From: Eukaryota sp. GEM-RC1
Lineage: Eukaryota
Length of the DNA: 64,000 bases
Reading direction: 5' to 3'
Assembly (NCBI GenBank): GCA_040285855.1
Contig: JAUFOQ010000013.1
Span: 1,798,001-1,862,000 of the forward strand
Below the pieces are notes generated by a model that searched no databases, was not told the DNA's origin, and worked only from the letters and a program-made list of their open reading frames with translations. The position numbers and the translations under genes are program-made. Positions 1-13,500 of this stretch are shown here, piece after piece (within the stretch, counting starts at the first letter, position 1; each line of letters opens with the position of its first letter).

Positions 1-437
1 TTGAGATCTTGAGCTGACACTTTGAGCAGAGCTTGATGTACTACTTCCTTCTCACTTTCCTCATATTGTTGCTTTGAAACGTTAGAAGGATAGACTTTGA
101 CAAAGAAGGATGTTACCATATCATTTCCTTTCTTTAGCCAGGAGCCCAATTTGGATGGATTGTCAGTCCAGTGTCTGTTCTTTGGAGAATACTCAATTGT
201 CAATAAAGAGTCTTGGTGGACAAACTTCTTTAGTTTTTCAGCCGTAGCGTGATAATCAGCGGTAATCATTGCATTCAAGGAAGATAAGAGCACTGAATGA
301 TCTTCGTTTGGCATAACGCAATAGTGCAGCAGCTTGGATGTGTTATTCAGAATTCTCTTACCCCCTTTGATGCCAAAATAGGCTATAGTTACTCGAACTT
401 GATCTGTTGTTGAAGGTGTTGAGTTAAAGGCAAACAT
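1..437 (-). CDS. Partial hypothetical protein (runs off window start)
   Basis: ATG at 437 opens a stop-free frame (MFAFNSTPSTTDQVRVTIAYFGIKGG...EKEVVHQALLKVSAQDL, ~145 codons) to base 1; not in the ORF track; no recognisable motif. Confidence 0.55.
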   Translation of the reverse strand, partial: MFAFNSTPSTTDQVRVTIAYFGIKGGKRILNNTSKLLHYCVMPNEDHSVLLSSLNAMITADYHATAEKLKKFVHQDSLLTIEYSPKNRHWTDNPSKLGSWLKKGNDMVTSFFVKVYPSNVSKQQYEESEKEVVHQALLKVSAQDL

Positions 438-2054
438 TCAAGTGGTGCAGGCAAACAGAAGTGAAATTCACAAATGACAAACACATCAGATTGTTATCTT
501 GACCAGTGTTTTCAATGACTTGACTCAGGTCAAGTTTGTAGTTTTGAGCAGACCATATCTTCTAGTATAATGACAAATCTTTATAAGAAATCACAGAAAC
601 ACACTACAAGACCGATACTTAATCATCCTCACCACGCATGACAAATACTTCATCATCGTTTTCGATATCATGATGAGTCAGTTGATGGTTTGGATCTGTA
701 TAAAATCAAGAGAACAATCAAATGATCAATTACAATGGATTACGCGAAATGGAAGACAGAGTAATACAGATATCAATGTCAGATATGCTTTAGCCGAAAG
801 ACAGCACGTACAAAAGACACGTAGGTCGTCTTGCTTATGCAGAAAATGGATGTCCAATGTTCGATGAACATCTCATTATAGTAAGAAGGATATGTATGAA
901 GATTGAGGTCATAAGAATGAGTCTAATGGGGTCTAAGACAGACATATATGGGATACACCTCCTCTAGAAGGTATCCTGTCAAGTAACCACGTTCCAACAT
1001 CCATGAAACTAGTCTACAAGGACGATTTCGAGGTTTGGGTTGTTTGGAAAGTCTTTGGGAAAAAGAGAAAAATGGGACAAAAGAATTCCCGTATTATCCG
1101 TTTGAAGTGAAACGCACAGACGGACGACATTTTCTTTCTCGCACAACAATTCTTTTCCTTGGTTGCCGTTGTTCTCTCCATCTACTTTCCTTGCAAACAT
1201 AGACTTTCCTTTATTGATATTGTTATACATTATGTTATCTCATCTGTTTCTTTCTTCTTTCCTCTGTAATAGTAATTGCTTATTGTTCTCACTATTTCCT
1301 CGTTGTTCTTAGCGGCATTCACTATTTCAGGTTTTGAACTCGTAAATTGAGATCCTACTTTTCTTCGACAACAGCTTGATAGGTATTCCTAAGTGCCCCT
1401 GTGGATGATAGTCATCAGTAAGTAGTCAACAGCATGGCTAGGGCTTTTAAGAAACAAGCCTGACACATTTGACGTACCGATAGACATCACTTCTCAAAAA
1501 GGAAGTTATCAGCTTTCAATGGAAGACTACAAACTTGAATTTAATAAATTGCAACGTACATCATAATTAAAGTCAGTTGTTGTACCTGGTGTATGGACAG
1601 TATGATCTGCATGATATAAGACACATTTATCTGCATCAATGAACCAAACATGTTCTACTCTTTCTGCTAACTTCTCCATGAGTCAAATGTGGGAAGCAGG
1701 TGTCACAGGGCAATCTTACAGTAACTAGAGTATCAATAAATTTCCGTTGTCTTCTGATCATAGAGCGATAGGTCACAATGTCTGAGCTCTGGGAAAGAGT
1801 TGTAATAAAATGGAAGCCAATATATTAATGCTTGCTGAACACGTTCGCTTAAGTAAACACTACTCCTAAAAGAAAACACAGAGTGTAATGCATTGAGGAA
1901 AACATGTACGGGATAGATGGATTGAGATAAGAAGGAATCAATCAGGGGAAGAATTGTTGTGTCAAGAAAAAATTGTCGTCCGTGGGGGTGTGTATTTAGC
2001 CTGGACCTTTTTTTGTGGAATTTCCCTATGTCACTCTTGATCCTTCATTGACCG

Positions 2055-3173
2055 ATGATCATGGGTCACAGTCTTCTATCAATTCCAAACATGGACAATG
2101 TATCTTCCTCTTCTAGTATTTCCTTCACGCGATGCAACTCTAACGTAGTGTCTGTTGCGCCATCATCAATACATCTTCCTTCTAAATATATAGAACTTCC
2201 ACAGTCTTTGTTCATTCGGGTCATTCATCACTTTTTGAAAAGTCTCTTAGAGCCTTATCTTGAAGTCAATGTTCTTGAACCTAGTCAACATATCCTTAGT
2301 TTGAATCAAGTAATACCTACATTCTTGAAGAAAGTTGGCTATGTAAGTCACCGTTTCTTTGAATCTTCTTCTCTAGCAGTAAAAGTCTTTTTCCGAACAA
2401 ACACGTTTCATGTTGTTTCTGAAGATCTTCCTCAACTTTATTCATTTGCTTCTTTCTTTGGAACAGAAGTACAGTCTGTTTTCTTGTATTCGAACCTCAC
2501 ATCTAAAGTTGAAGACTTTCTTGGCCATTCTTCTATAATTACAGGATTGAAACTGAATTTAGACGAAACTATAGATTTGGAGTTTCTTAACAAGACTTCC
2601 CTCTATTTTCCACGTCTTAAACAACTTCATGTTCAGGCGTCTTCATCTATTTCTATGTTGTTGATTGAATTGTTGAAAGGGAATGATTCTGTCACAGAGG
2701 TCAATCTAGGTGGAAACTCTTTTGGTAATGAAGGCACTAAAGCACTTGCTGAAGCTTTAAAAATCAATTCTAAAGTGAAGACTATTGATCTGAGTTGCAA
2801 CTCTATTGGTGCTGAAGGCGCTAGAGCATTGGCAGATGCATTGAAAGTTAATACTACAGTTACAAGTGTTGATTTGTGTGAAAACTCTGTTGGAGCTGAA
2901 GGTGCTATATATTTGGCCGAATTATTAAAACTAAATTCTACACTGACAAGTATTAACTTGAGTCAAAATTCTATTGGTGTTGAAGGTGCTACAGCATTGG
3001 CAGAAGCGTTAAAAGTCAATAATACAATTAAAAGAATTAATCTAATGTACAATTCTATTGGATTTGAAGGTTCTAGAGCGCTAATAGAAACTTTAAAAGT
3101 CAATAAGACTTCGAGGAGAATTGCAGGGTTACTTGTGTTGAACGATTCACACAAGTTTAAAGTTTTAAATTGA
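2055..3173 (+). CDS. RI/NLRC3-type leucine-rich-repeat protein with family-specific (F-box-like) N-terminal domain
   Basis: 28-aa repeats (N.IG.EGA.ALAEALKVN.TVTSI.L); N-terminal LPQSLF...LKKVGYVSHRFFESS block shared with three paralogues in the window. Confidence 0.85.
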   Translation: MIMGHSLLSIPNMDNVSSSSSISFTRCNSNVVSVAPSSIHLPSKYIELPQSLFIRVIHHFLKSLLEPYLEVNVLEPSQHILSLNQVIPTFLKKVGYVSHRFFESSSLAVKVFFRTNTFHVVSEDLPQLYSFASFFGTEVQSVFLYSNLTSKVEDFLGHSSIITGLKLNLDETIDLEFLNKTSLYFPRLKQLHVQASSSISMLLIELLKGNDSVTEVNLGGNSFGNEGTKALAEALKINSKVKTIDLSCNSIGAEGARALADALKVNTTVTSVDLCENSVGAEGAIYLAELLKLNSTLTSINLSQNSIGVEGATALAEALKVNNTIKRINLMYNSIGFEGSRALIETLKVNKTSRRIAGLLVLNDSHKFKVLN

Positions 3174-3345
3174 ATTTTAAATAGTTTCAATTTTAGTGTA
3201 GAGAACGAAAACTCTTACATATAAATGTAAACAACTTCTTTTTTGGAAACATTTGACGACCACAACTGTAAATAAAATTAGAAATACTTCTGTAAGTACC
3301 AAAGAGATATTTATATACGATAAAACAAGTTTAAATCTTTCAAGT

Positions 3346-5361
3346 TTAATTAATACCTAAAGCACGAACCTTCTCCTTAACAGCTTCCTTGGTAAACCCT
3401 GCCCACTTCAATACATCAGAAGCTTTGCCAGAAAGACCATAAGTCTCAACAGACATAGTTTCGAATCTCTCAGCATACTTATGTAGCAAATACCACTTAC
3501 CAGGAGTAGCAAGTTCAACTGACAAAACAGCCTTACCAGCCAACTCTTCCAACTGATTGGTACATGAAAAATACTTTTCCAAATGAGGAACTGAAATCAC
3601 CTTAACCTCAGCTTCATCTCTCAACGCTTCCATCACCATTCCAGTCTCACTTCCGGAAGCAAGAACTACTACAGAAGGACTAGCGTGATCTTTTACCACG
3701 ATGCAACCGTTACGTTCAAAGACGGAGGGTCTGTACTGTTCCAATTGAGCTTCAGACAGCAGAGAAGAAACAGGAAAGATACCTTGTCTAGATCCAATGA
3801 TTACTGAAGGACAAGAAGTCTCAGAAAAAGCGGACGCATATGCCAACATAGTTTCTCTAAGATCACAAGGTCTGTAAACCTTCAAATTAGGCATCTCACG
3901 TAGTTGAGAGAGCTCACCCACAGGCATATGAGTAGCACCATCTTCACCCACAGCAAGAGAGTCATGAGTAAGAACATAGACCACTGGGAGGTGAGAAAGA
4001 GCTGCCAATCTAATGGAACCCATCATATAACCAGCGAAGACCATGAAAGTAGCACAGAATGGTCTAATTAATCCATAGGCAGCGATACCATTACAAACAG
4101 CGGCCATACCATGTTCACGAACACCAAATCTAATGTTTCTAGGAGAGAAGTCTTGGGTGGTCATGAAGGTTTCTCCCTTGATATCAGTCTTGTTTGAAGC
4201 TGCCAGATCAGCAGATCCACCTAGAACTTCAGGCATTAGGCCAGCAATAGAGTTGATACATTGATGAGAGGTTTCTCGTGTAGCTTTTGACTTGGAGAAG
4301 AGCTCAGCATCAACTGATTGCGCTAGTGATTGATAGAGCTCATCTGTTGACTCAAAAGGAATCTTTCCAGCAAGACGACGTTCAAACTCAGCTCCTAAAG
4401 CAGGGAACTGTTGCTTATACTCATCAAAGAGACTAATCCAGGCACGATGACTTTCCTCACCTTTAGAAATCACCTTTTGATACTCTTGATGAACCTCTTC
4501 AGGAACATAGAACTTCTCGTTCTCAGGCATACCCAAGAACTTCTTCAAGGTTTGAATTCCTTCATCTCCAAAGGGAGCTCCATGAGCTTTAGAAGTGTTC
4601 TGGGTGGGGGCACCAAATCCAATGGTAGTTTTAACGTCAATGAGGACTGGTTTCTCAGTAACTTGAGTAGCTTTCTGGATGGCAGTGGCAATGGCTTCGA
4701 AGTCAGAATCACCCTTTTCAACAACGATTACTTCCCAACCTAAAGCACGGAATCTGTCAGGAACGTTTTCAGTGAAGGAAACGTCTGTTCTTCCGTCAAT
4801 GGTGATGTTGTTATCATCATAAAAGACAATGAGTCCTTCAAGACCTAAGTGACCAGCAAGAGAGCAAGATTCGAAGGCAACACCCTCTTGAAGACATCCG
4901 TCACCAGCAATAGCATAGATGTTATGGTTGATGAGGGAAAACTCGGGTTTGTTGAACTTGGAAGCAATGTGGTTACGAGCAATGGCCATACCTACAGCAG
5001 CAGAGATTCCTTGTCCGAGAGGTCCCGTAGTCATCTCAACTCCAGTGGTTAACCCTCTTTCAGGATGACCAGGAGTTTTAGAGTGTAACTGACGGAAGTT
5101 CTTGAGTTGGTCCATGGAGCAGTCTTCGACACCGAGGAGATGAAGAAGAACGTAGTGAAGAGCGGAGGCGTGACCGTTGGAGAGAACAAAACGGTCTCTG
5201 TTAGCCCATGTGTAGTCCTTTGGGTTGACGTTCATGAATCGTGAAAAGAGGATATGTGCCATAGGGGCAATACCAACAGGGGCACCGGGATGCCCACTGT
5301 TGGCCTGTTGTACCATGTCGGCGGCGAGACATCGAATAGTGTTAACACAAAGAGAGTCCAT
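3346..5361 (-). CDS. TKL1: Transketolase
   Basis: 671 aa uninterrupted; ANSGHPGAP, RDRFVLSNGH, TTGPLGQG, GDGCLQEG (ThDP motif), FGVREHGM, THDS..VGEDG.TH.P. Confidence 0.97.
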   Translation of the reverse strand: MDSLCVNTIRCLAADMVQQANSGHPGAPVGIAPMAHILFSRFMNVNPKDYTWANRDRFVLSNGHASALHYVLLHLLGVEDCSMDQLKNFRQLHSKTPGHPERGLTTGVEMTTGPLGQGISAAVGMAIARNHIASKFNKPEFSLINHNIYAIAGDGCLQEGVAFESCSLAGHLGLEGLIVFYDDNNITIDGRTDVSFTENVPDRFRALGWEVIVVEKGDSDFEAIATAIQKATQVTEKPVLIDVKTTIGFGAPTQNTSKAHGAPFGDEGIQTLKKFLGMPENEKFYVPEEVHQEYQKVISKGEESHRAWISLFDEYKQQFPALGAEFERRLAGKIPFESTDELYQSLAQSVDAELFSKSKATRETSHQCINSIAGLMPEVLGGSADLAASNKTDIKGETFMTTQDFSPRNIRFGVREHGMAAVCNGIAAYGLIRPFCATFMVFAGYMMGSIRLAALSHLPVVYVLTHDSLAVGEDGATHMPVGELSQLREMPNLKVYRPCDLRETMLAYASAFSETSCPSVIIGSRQGIFPVSSLLSEAQLEQYRPSVFERNGCIVVKDHASPSVVVLASGSETGMVMEALRDEAEVKVISVPHLEKYFSCTNQLEELAGKAVLSVELATPGKWYLLHKYAERFETMSVETYGLSGKASDVLKWAGFTKEAVKEKVRALGIN

Positions 5362-5699
5362 TGGAGTGAAGATTTAGCTTTCCCATTAGTTTGGGTCTTT
5401 CGACTTCATTATCTACATCTTCTTACAAACAAACGACCAGACTGTTAAGTAAAGGAAATCGAATGCTAAAAATCCATCATCCTTCTGTTAAACCAGTCAG
5501 TCTTGAGACACCATCTATTTCTACAGGAAAACTGATCACGTGAGCATTAGCACCAATCCACAATTGAATACATCGTTGGTATGGAAAGTTCTCAATTTAG
5601 TCGGTCTCTATTAATTTACATATTTGTAAGTATTCCCTGATCCCTATGATGCAATCGTCAATTCTGTGTGATTTAAAGAAGTCGTTTCAACTTTTATTG

Positions 5700-5917
5700 T
5701 AATATTTTTTTTTCTTGGAAGTGCTGCTAAAAATTTCTTTGATGCCTTTTCAAAATTGTGTCGTGGACAAAGAAAAATTTCAATCAGACTCTTTGGCGCA
5801 ATCGCATTGTTTTCTTTGTATAGAAGTTTCCCAAAGTATTTGAATCATAGACTGGACAAATTGTTTGGTGGTAGTTCAAGAGTAGATGTGGATCATTTAA
5901 TATTTTTTAAGTAGTAC
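5700..5917 (+). mobile_element. 3' fragment of CRE-like non-LTR retrotransposon (family C)
   Basis: Near-identical to 28995-29195 (GCTGCT.AAAA.TTCTTTGATGCCTTTTCAAA...GGTAGTTCAAGAGTAGATGTGGATCATTTAATAT). Confidence 0.75.
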
Positions 5918-5919
5918 TA

Positions 5920-6426
5920 CACTGGTTTGTCTAATTTGTCTCACTGAGACTATTTATCTGATGCGACTAATTCAAAAGGTGAGACCAATTTGAAGACTAC
6001 TTTACCGGTGCTTATTACGATTCATTGCGAAAAACTATTGATCATTGATAATATGATTCCCATAAACACACCCCGAATATTTTCCACTATGTTCTTCAAA
6101 AACAATGTGCATTAGAGCCCACGTCTAACTACTGCTTATCTAGTCCATAATACCATCAGAATCCCAATTATCTTCGTCGGAGGAACTAACAGCAAGGACC
6201 TGAGGTCGGGCGAAGCGTGCTTAAACGAAACCAAACGCTGCAAGGATGGGTCATGAAGAGACATGTGAGTAGATCTTACAGATAAGACATAGGAAAAGGA
6301 AAAAATAATAGAAATACTTGCAGAGTATATTTGGATTATAGTCTCACTGACAAAATTCAAAGGTAAATTTTAGAATTAGTCTCACTGAGACTAAATTGCT
6401 GATGAGACTAATTAGATAAATTAGTG
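5920..6426. mobile_element. Tc1/mariner-type MITE nested in the CRE 3' end
   Basis: TA|CACTGGTTTGTCTAATTTGTCTCA ... TGAGACTAATTAGATAAATTAGTG|TA imperfect TIRs, TA flanks, internal GTCTCA/TGAGAC subterminal repeats. Confidence 0.75.
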
Positions 6427-7370
6427 TAGTAGTTTGTAGTTTGTCAATTTATGACATAAACAATCTTTTCGTTTCAACTTTCTTTATGTGTGTTTTTTCA
6501 AGATTCCTTCAAAAGAGGGAATTGTGTCTACTTTTAATTCTTTGGTTAAGTCTTGGATCTACAATGTTGGTTCAAAATCTTCATTTTTGATTAATAGTTG
6601 TTGAATTTTGGTGACATGATGCTACCTAAGTGTAGAAATACAAAGTGTATTCATTGTAGCCTTCCTTCGTAGTGTTTGTAGGCTTGGCTGTTTTTTAAAA
6701 AAGAGAGTTTTTCCTTCTTTTTTAGACTGTTCACTGATATACGGATAGTATACTGTTTTTGTGACTTCATGACGTGACGTACTGGAACAGAAAAGTTATA
6801 GAATATTTGTTGGTTTTTAGATTAAGTCTTGCTACTAGTATGTTTTCAGATGAAACAATGTACATACTAGTACTACCATTCTAGAAATTTAGTTCGTTTA
6901 ATATATTCTAGTCCCATGATGTACACTAAAGTGAACAATACGCAAATGTGTTGTTCTAAAAGGTAATTGAAAGGAAATAAGCTATCAATACTCTAACCAT
7001 CTTTGATTAGAATCAAGTGGTCCTTATTGAAGGTGATAAATAGAGGTCATTTTTTTGATACTTTTGCAGACTGTAATTACGATAACTAGGCATTGATGTC
7101 GTTGTTTTTTAATCATGCTGAAGTGACTAGATGATTGATCAGGATGACCAGTTTGTGACACACTAAATACATCCACCAATGTTCTAAAATGTTCAAGATA
7201 ATTTATCTTTATTGATACTCAACAAGCACTCAAAATGAATTCCTGTCAACAAATATCAATATTCGTCAAAATTTGAAAAACAAAACCCGACTATAAACCA
7301 AATTATAGAGATACAGTTTCCACCCCAAAACCTAACACAATCACCACTATAAACCCTTTTTGAATCACGT

Positions 7371-8236
7371 CTACAGTCCATAATCCAATCCAGAGAACTC
7401 CGCCCTTCTTGGAGCATCTAAATCTCTATAAGACACCACTTCCTTAGCCCTGGGATCTGGTTCGTAGCTTCTTCTGGGAGGAGATCGCATGGGAGAAGGT
7501 GACGGATCACGAGCTGAAGGAGGTTTAGGTCGGTTAGGATCCGACAAAAAGTTCTGCAGAAACTCATCGTACTGGTCTTGTTCAATCTGTTTCTTTCGCT
7601 CTTCAATTAGCTCAGGGTGCTTCCTAGTAAAGTGCTTCTCCATAAACTCCATGCCCTTAAACAGCTTCCTACATTCAACTATACCACACCTCACGTTACG
7701 AGGTTGATCTTCTTTCCCTTCAATTATAGGTTCAAGGTGAGATTCTTCCTTGACAATATCAGCAATTGCCACGTCATGTACAGTGGATTCTTCCTTTTCT
7801 ATTGGATGATACTGCTTTCGGAAGTCCTCTTCAGACTTGTGGCTTTCAAAATACTCTTTGGCCCACGTTTGCTGAAACTCCGATAGGTAGTCGTCGTAGC
7901 GTTCTTGTAGCGTTGCTGGGGGAGCAGACGGTTGTTCCCGGCAGAAAGCCTTGAAGGAGAGGGGTCTGTCTGGATCTGGTTCACGGTCATATACAGGGGA
8001 ATATGGCCTGTAGCGGTCATATCGTCTATCTCTGTCATCTATGCGTCTTCTTCGTGGTGGTGGAGAATAGTTTGACCGAGCATGAGGACGTCGTCTTTCA
8101 TAAGGCTCCGGTGACCTAGAATATCGAGGGGTGTCCTAGACCTTCCAGGAGGTGTTCTGTCTCTTTCTGAAAGAGTTGGGGATGGAGGAATAACTCGAGG
8201 TGGAGGTGGAACAAAAGATGATTCCTCTGAAGTCAT
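7371..8236 (-). CDS. SRRT: Serrate/Ars2 RNA effector (compact, ~288 aa; one homopolymer frameshift)
   Basis: Adding one base to the G4 run at 8128-8131 gives a continuous frame with an RS/P-rich start, LSFKAF...ERYDDYLSEFQQTWAKEYFESHKSEEDFRKQYHP, C2H2 finger (CGIVECRKLFKG...HFTRKH), F.SDPNRP and SYRDLDAP. Confidence 0.85.
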
Positions 8237-8954
8237 TGGTAACAACAGAAAGATGGAGAAGTGTTCAGCAGATGATGGAAAACCTGTTTCTTTGAATTAC
8301 TGTCCACTTTCCAGATGAATCCAGACACCTCACTATCATCAACTCTATCTGACATCCAGACCACGGCAAACATATTTGTTTCTTCCATTGCGTCTTCGCT
8401 CAATGGAATGATGATGAATGGCGAAGCATCTTTTGAAGATGTTTTCTCCGCACACCAATTGCTACATCATCTCATTGAACAGGTTCAACAAAACTTAAGT
8501 GACTAGTTTTGACCAGTATTTCTCACTAACACCTATACCATTAGTATATTCTCATTCATTTCTTTCCCTTATCATTTCTCTTTGTTTGTTTCGATCCGTA
8601 TCTCACTGTCATGAGTTCACTACCGTTACCTCGTTTCTCAAGCTGTTGATTGCATGACCTTGACTGATTACCACTTTAGATTACTAACCAATGTCAGGTC
8701 AACTCATCTACTGAAGTAGCGGAAATCTTCCTATTCAAATACAATGATTGATCTCTTCATCTATGAGTTTCTTCAAAGATCGTTTGTACATGTTGAATTG
8801 ACTTGCTACTATTAGATACCTAATCCAGTTTATTTGACAACACTATCACCAATCCTACATTGTATTGTCTCACCTCATTTTACTTAAAGCAGATCTTGTT
8901 CGATTCTTTATTTTATTATACACTAAGATAAATACATTCACTTTGAACCTACAT

Positions 8955-10395
8955 TCACTTTGAGCCTTCGTCACACGTTATAACACAACCACAACATCTT
9001 CCCAAAGTAAAGTCCTTATAATCACCACTCGTTTGTGAAAAGTCACGATGATCATCCAAATGAAGATCCATACATCCTCTTGCAACACCCTTGCACTTCT
9101 CTGCTGCTTCCCTTGCATCCTGAGTACTTCTCAGATGCTCTGGTGAAGGTGGTTGGAAGTCTCTGGAAGTGGGACTTCCTTGGAAGGGGATCTTTTTCTT
9201 AGGGGAAGAAATAGAGGGTTTAACGAATTCTTCAAAGATTGATCTATAAATGTCCTTGTCATAGTCAGTTGGAGGTTTGAAACATCTACTCTCAGTACCA
9301 AAATCAGGTTTAGAGACCTCTTTAAGATCGATACTCGACTTGTGAGCATTCCCTTCGACATTAGGAGTAACCGAGCACTTCTTTGGAGTATACTGACGTC
9401 GAGCCTCTGACTGGCCTTCAAAAACAATCTTTCTTCTGGGTTTTGTTGGAGTTACTTTAGAAGGAGACATGGCTTGAAGGTAGTCATCTCTGGATGGAGA
9501 TTTAAAGGAAGACCGGAGTTCAGTTTCCAAGGGAGTTTTGTCAGTGAATCTGATTGAGCTTGACCTCATGTTAACTTTAGGAGAGTGTTTGGTGGGAGAG
9601 ACTTGTTTAGGGGAATACTGATCTCTGTAGGAGCTACTCGCGTTGAACTTGAGTGGTTTGCGTTGGGAATGACTAGGAGAAGGAGGGGTGAGAGAGAGCT
9701 TGTAGATGTCAGGATCATAAGCACTGTAGGTGGATCTAGAGGTAGTGGTGGGCTTAGGGGTGTTGGAATCAGTGAGAGCAAGTGAGGACTTGTGAGCATT
9801 GCGAGTAAGACCAGTGTCAGCACAGGGGTCCACCTTGTATGGCTTGAACTGGGATTGGTTCTCGGTGGTGCTGGTGAAGGGAATCTTCTTACGTTGGGAG
9901 GGGGGAGCGGCTGGGGGAAGATAGCTTGTAACAAGACGAGTCAGGCGCTCTGTAACTAGAACTCTCAGTTTCGAAGAAGCGATCGTTTGAAGGAGACTTG
10001 ATGTTGGACGAATGGGCATCGAGTGTACGGGTAGAAGAGGGAACATATGCGGACTTGTCAAAAGCAGGGTAATCAGACCTTGAACAAGATGAACCCACAA
10101 AGGGAATGCGAGGTTTAGACCTAGTCAGGCCAACGGGGGATTTAGTTTGAAGAAGATCAGGGGAGATGGGGTGAGCTGGATATTTCTCACGAGATTCAGT
10201 TGAAAGAAACCGGTCATTACCAGGAGACAGATTGTTGCTAGGGGGTTTGAAGAGTTTGGCGGGACAAACATCGTGTTGAGGATAATCTGACCGTGCTGTT
10301 GATGATCCAGAAAACGGAATATGTTTCTTCACCTGAGGTTTAGGGGTATGGTTGATGTGACAACGACACTCACATTTACAGCTGAGACATGTCAT
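8955..10395 (-). CDS. SAXO/STOP-like microtubule inner protein (frameshift near 9900-9917)
   Basis: Cys-rich N-terminus (CLSCKCECRC) and repeated IPF.G.S..RSDY / F.TES motifs in both ORF pieces; junction lies in two C-runs. Confidence 0.65.
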
Positions 10396-10517
10396 ATTTC
10401 CGGAGTCTTATGAAGGAAAAGGTCAATGCCAATAGAATTTGGTGATGCTATTTTTGTACCAACAAATTGGCGGAAACAAAAATGGACTTCTCACACGTCA
10501 CCACCAATTTACGGTGA

Positions 10518-13500
10518 TGTCATCACTATGTCTTGAGCATAATACTATTACGATTACTTCTGGAACTCCTACAATTACCAGGGAATTTCCTGTGAAAGGA
10601 CGAACTTTCGATTTTGAGAATCCTTCACATCACGCTATGACTAAACCTATCATCTCCTGTGTTAATATTGAAGATAGTGTTGTCAATTTTCAGGAATGCG
10701 TCATACGCGTCAATTGCGCGCATTTTGACTTTGATTTTTTTGTGGCTTTTGTAGAAGTCTTTAAAGGCTGTTGGACTGAAGACAGAGTTATACAGTACAT
10801 CTTTTATTGGCATCACACAAACCCTTGCCGCTAATACCCTTTTGTTTCTTAAAAGGTCACAATATATCACAATATGAACTTATTTACGATCAAGTCGGAG
10901 CGATTACGTGACTTTATAAGGCCTGAGGCACGGTTATGAGAAACAAACAGTGTAAAACTTTGGGCGGTCCTTAATAAGTGCATTTATAGAAAGTTACCTC
11001 AGCTTCCCACTTGTTCATGTAGCCAACCAGAAATTCAACTACAAAGCCTGGTGAAGAGCCCCCTAGCAGCCCACGTGCTAGTGTTGAGGATGAAGCTCAT
11101 GTTGAGCGAAGCCGCGACGATGTTGTCCCACAGCGTATCACCCTTCGTGTAGATCAAATACCACCCCAAGTTTTTGATGAGATTAAGACGAAAATGCATG
11201 ACACCTGTACTTTGAATCTTTCTCAGTCCTTAGCCATTCTTTTGGATCTTAGTCGCAAAACGCTTTCCCTAGAAAATGCCTTGGAGCTTTACGACCTATT
11301 CGCGACATATCCGTTTGCTCAATATAATAATCTCAATCCTAACGTGCTGGTTTTGTCACGTTCTCTACCAAAACCAAAACCCAATACTTTACAGAAAGAT
11401 CCCTTGATTGAATTCCCCTTTCAAGAAGTAGAAGCCTTGGAAAAACTTCAACAATCAATGAGTGCTGCTTTTGGCGATCACACTTTACGCATTAATTATC
11501 ATTCAAACGTCTTACCTGTCATTGGCAGTACAGGTTGTGGGAAATCCCGTTTAATCCAACATGTTGTTTCACTTCCACTTCAAGTTGAAAAACCCATTGA
11601 AGTGGAACTAAAGTTACAGAACTATCTATATGACTTTCCCCTGTATACAGAACTACAAGACTCAAGAAACTTGGCCTAGCTGCCCTCCTCAATTTTTTAA
11701 TTGGTTATCGTTCAAGTTCTGTACCATATGTTCAATCAAATATTCTGTTGTTGTCTTCCAGTGTTTTCTTGTGTCTTTACTTGAGCGAAGTTCAGTGTCT
11801 TTTGATGTTACCGATGCCTATAATGAGGAATTTTACACGGAAATCAAGAACAGAACAGAAGAACTATTAAATCTTGTAGACCATAACCTCAGTATCGTTG
11901 AGATCACCAAGACTTTAGTTAAAGATCTTGTGGCTGCAATGGAAAAAGAAACAATCTTTTGTTTGTTTTTAGATCAAGTGGATACTTTAATTCATAACCG
12001 CAACTTTCAAGGTCTTTCTTTCAACGATCCTTCTTGGAATTTGTATCGTTCACTTCGCCATGCTGCGAGGAACCTTTTGCCTGTTCTTCACATTCCACAC
12101 ATTCCATATGCAGACAGATTTCTTTTGATTGTGACAGGGACTAACTTTAATCTCGCCAACTTTTGTCTTTCGGATGTTCGAGTAGGTGACAATCGACCCG
12201 CAGTCATAGAACCTCACGAACTTTCCGTTCCTGGAGGTCTTTCTCTTCCACCTGTGCTCGTTTCTCCTCCCCAACTGGATCCTCTTGTTTTCTTCGAACA
12301 TGAACACCGTAACCTTCTTGAACCCCTTTCTGATCTCCTTAGCGTTGGGTTGGCTATATCCTTGAGACCCCTTTGGATTGCTATATTTAAGAAAAATTCA
12401 TTTGGTTATCTTATGAAAACAAACGAGAAGATTTTAAATGCTTTAAAATACTCGTCATCACAGTATTCGTTATCAAAATGTCCAACAACTGCGCTTAGTT
12501 CTGACAATACAGTTTTGTTTGCTCTTCTGTTAACATGTTGTCTTAATTCCACCCTTCCCTGTCATGTTCTCTCAACATTGGTTGAGTGCTCCTTTGCATC
12601 AGTTACTAGAGTTGATTTCAGTGAAAGGAATCAATCACAGGAAGAGGTATTCTTATCAGTTCCATTGGTTGATCCTTTAGTAGCAACGTGTTGTTGGAAC
12701 GTGATCATGGAGAGGGTTCGAGGTCGTCCATATGAATTCTTTTCATCTTTAAAAGAATTAGGGCCTTTCACAAAAATACCAGTGACAACATTTTTATTTT
12801 TCGGAACTACCATACCCATATCAAATATACCAGTGAAGAATCAACCTTCCTTCTAAGCTGCTTTTTTTTATGAGTTGTGCTGCTATATCTTAGACAATAG
12901 ACTAAAAGTCATACACACTACGGTGCCTTGTCTTCTTCGGTGCTTCAACTTCACGTTTTACATCCGGAGGACTTAAAGGAGTAGCATAGTTTGTCCAAAC
13001 CCTTTTATCTCGAGGACGAACTACCCAATCCTCATAAATCTTACTCTCAGTGTTTCTTGCTCTTCTCCAAGGGATTTGAGTTAACTGACATTTAAGTCAT
13101 ACATTCATGAATTCAGGAAATGTCTTCTGTTTGCCATCTTCCGCAGTCACAATGTTGTTGATCCAAATCGACAATATACTAATAGATCCTTTGTGATTCA
13201 GCGGTTACTTCAATAAATCTCCCATTGTTACAAACTGTCATCATCCTAGCTTTGCCAACTCTTCCCTCCATTGTCTGCAGGACTGCAGTGAAGAGCAAGA
13301 GTGTTCGACTAGTGTAGAAATGTATCAATTATCGTCTTGTCTTCGATGGATGTTTAAAGCAAAGGTGCAACCTGTCATTGTACAGCAGATCAGAAGCCTT
13401 GTGGTATCAGAGTGAGTAGTTTTTACATCGCGCTATGTTTGAATGGATTCATGATAAAGAGGTAATAGAAGATCATGTTTATTGTCATTCACACACGATC

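Noticed and set aside
8315..8900. 63-aa ORF divergent from Serrate
   Set aside because: No motif, and downstream sequence has stops in the frames I checked; cannot distinguish a gene from a decayed pseudogene.
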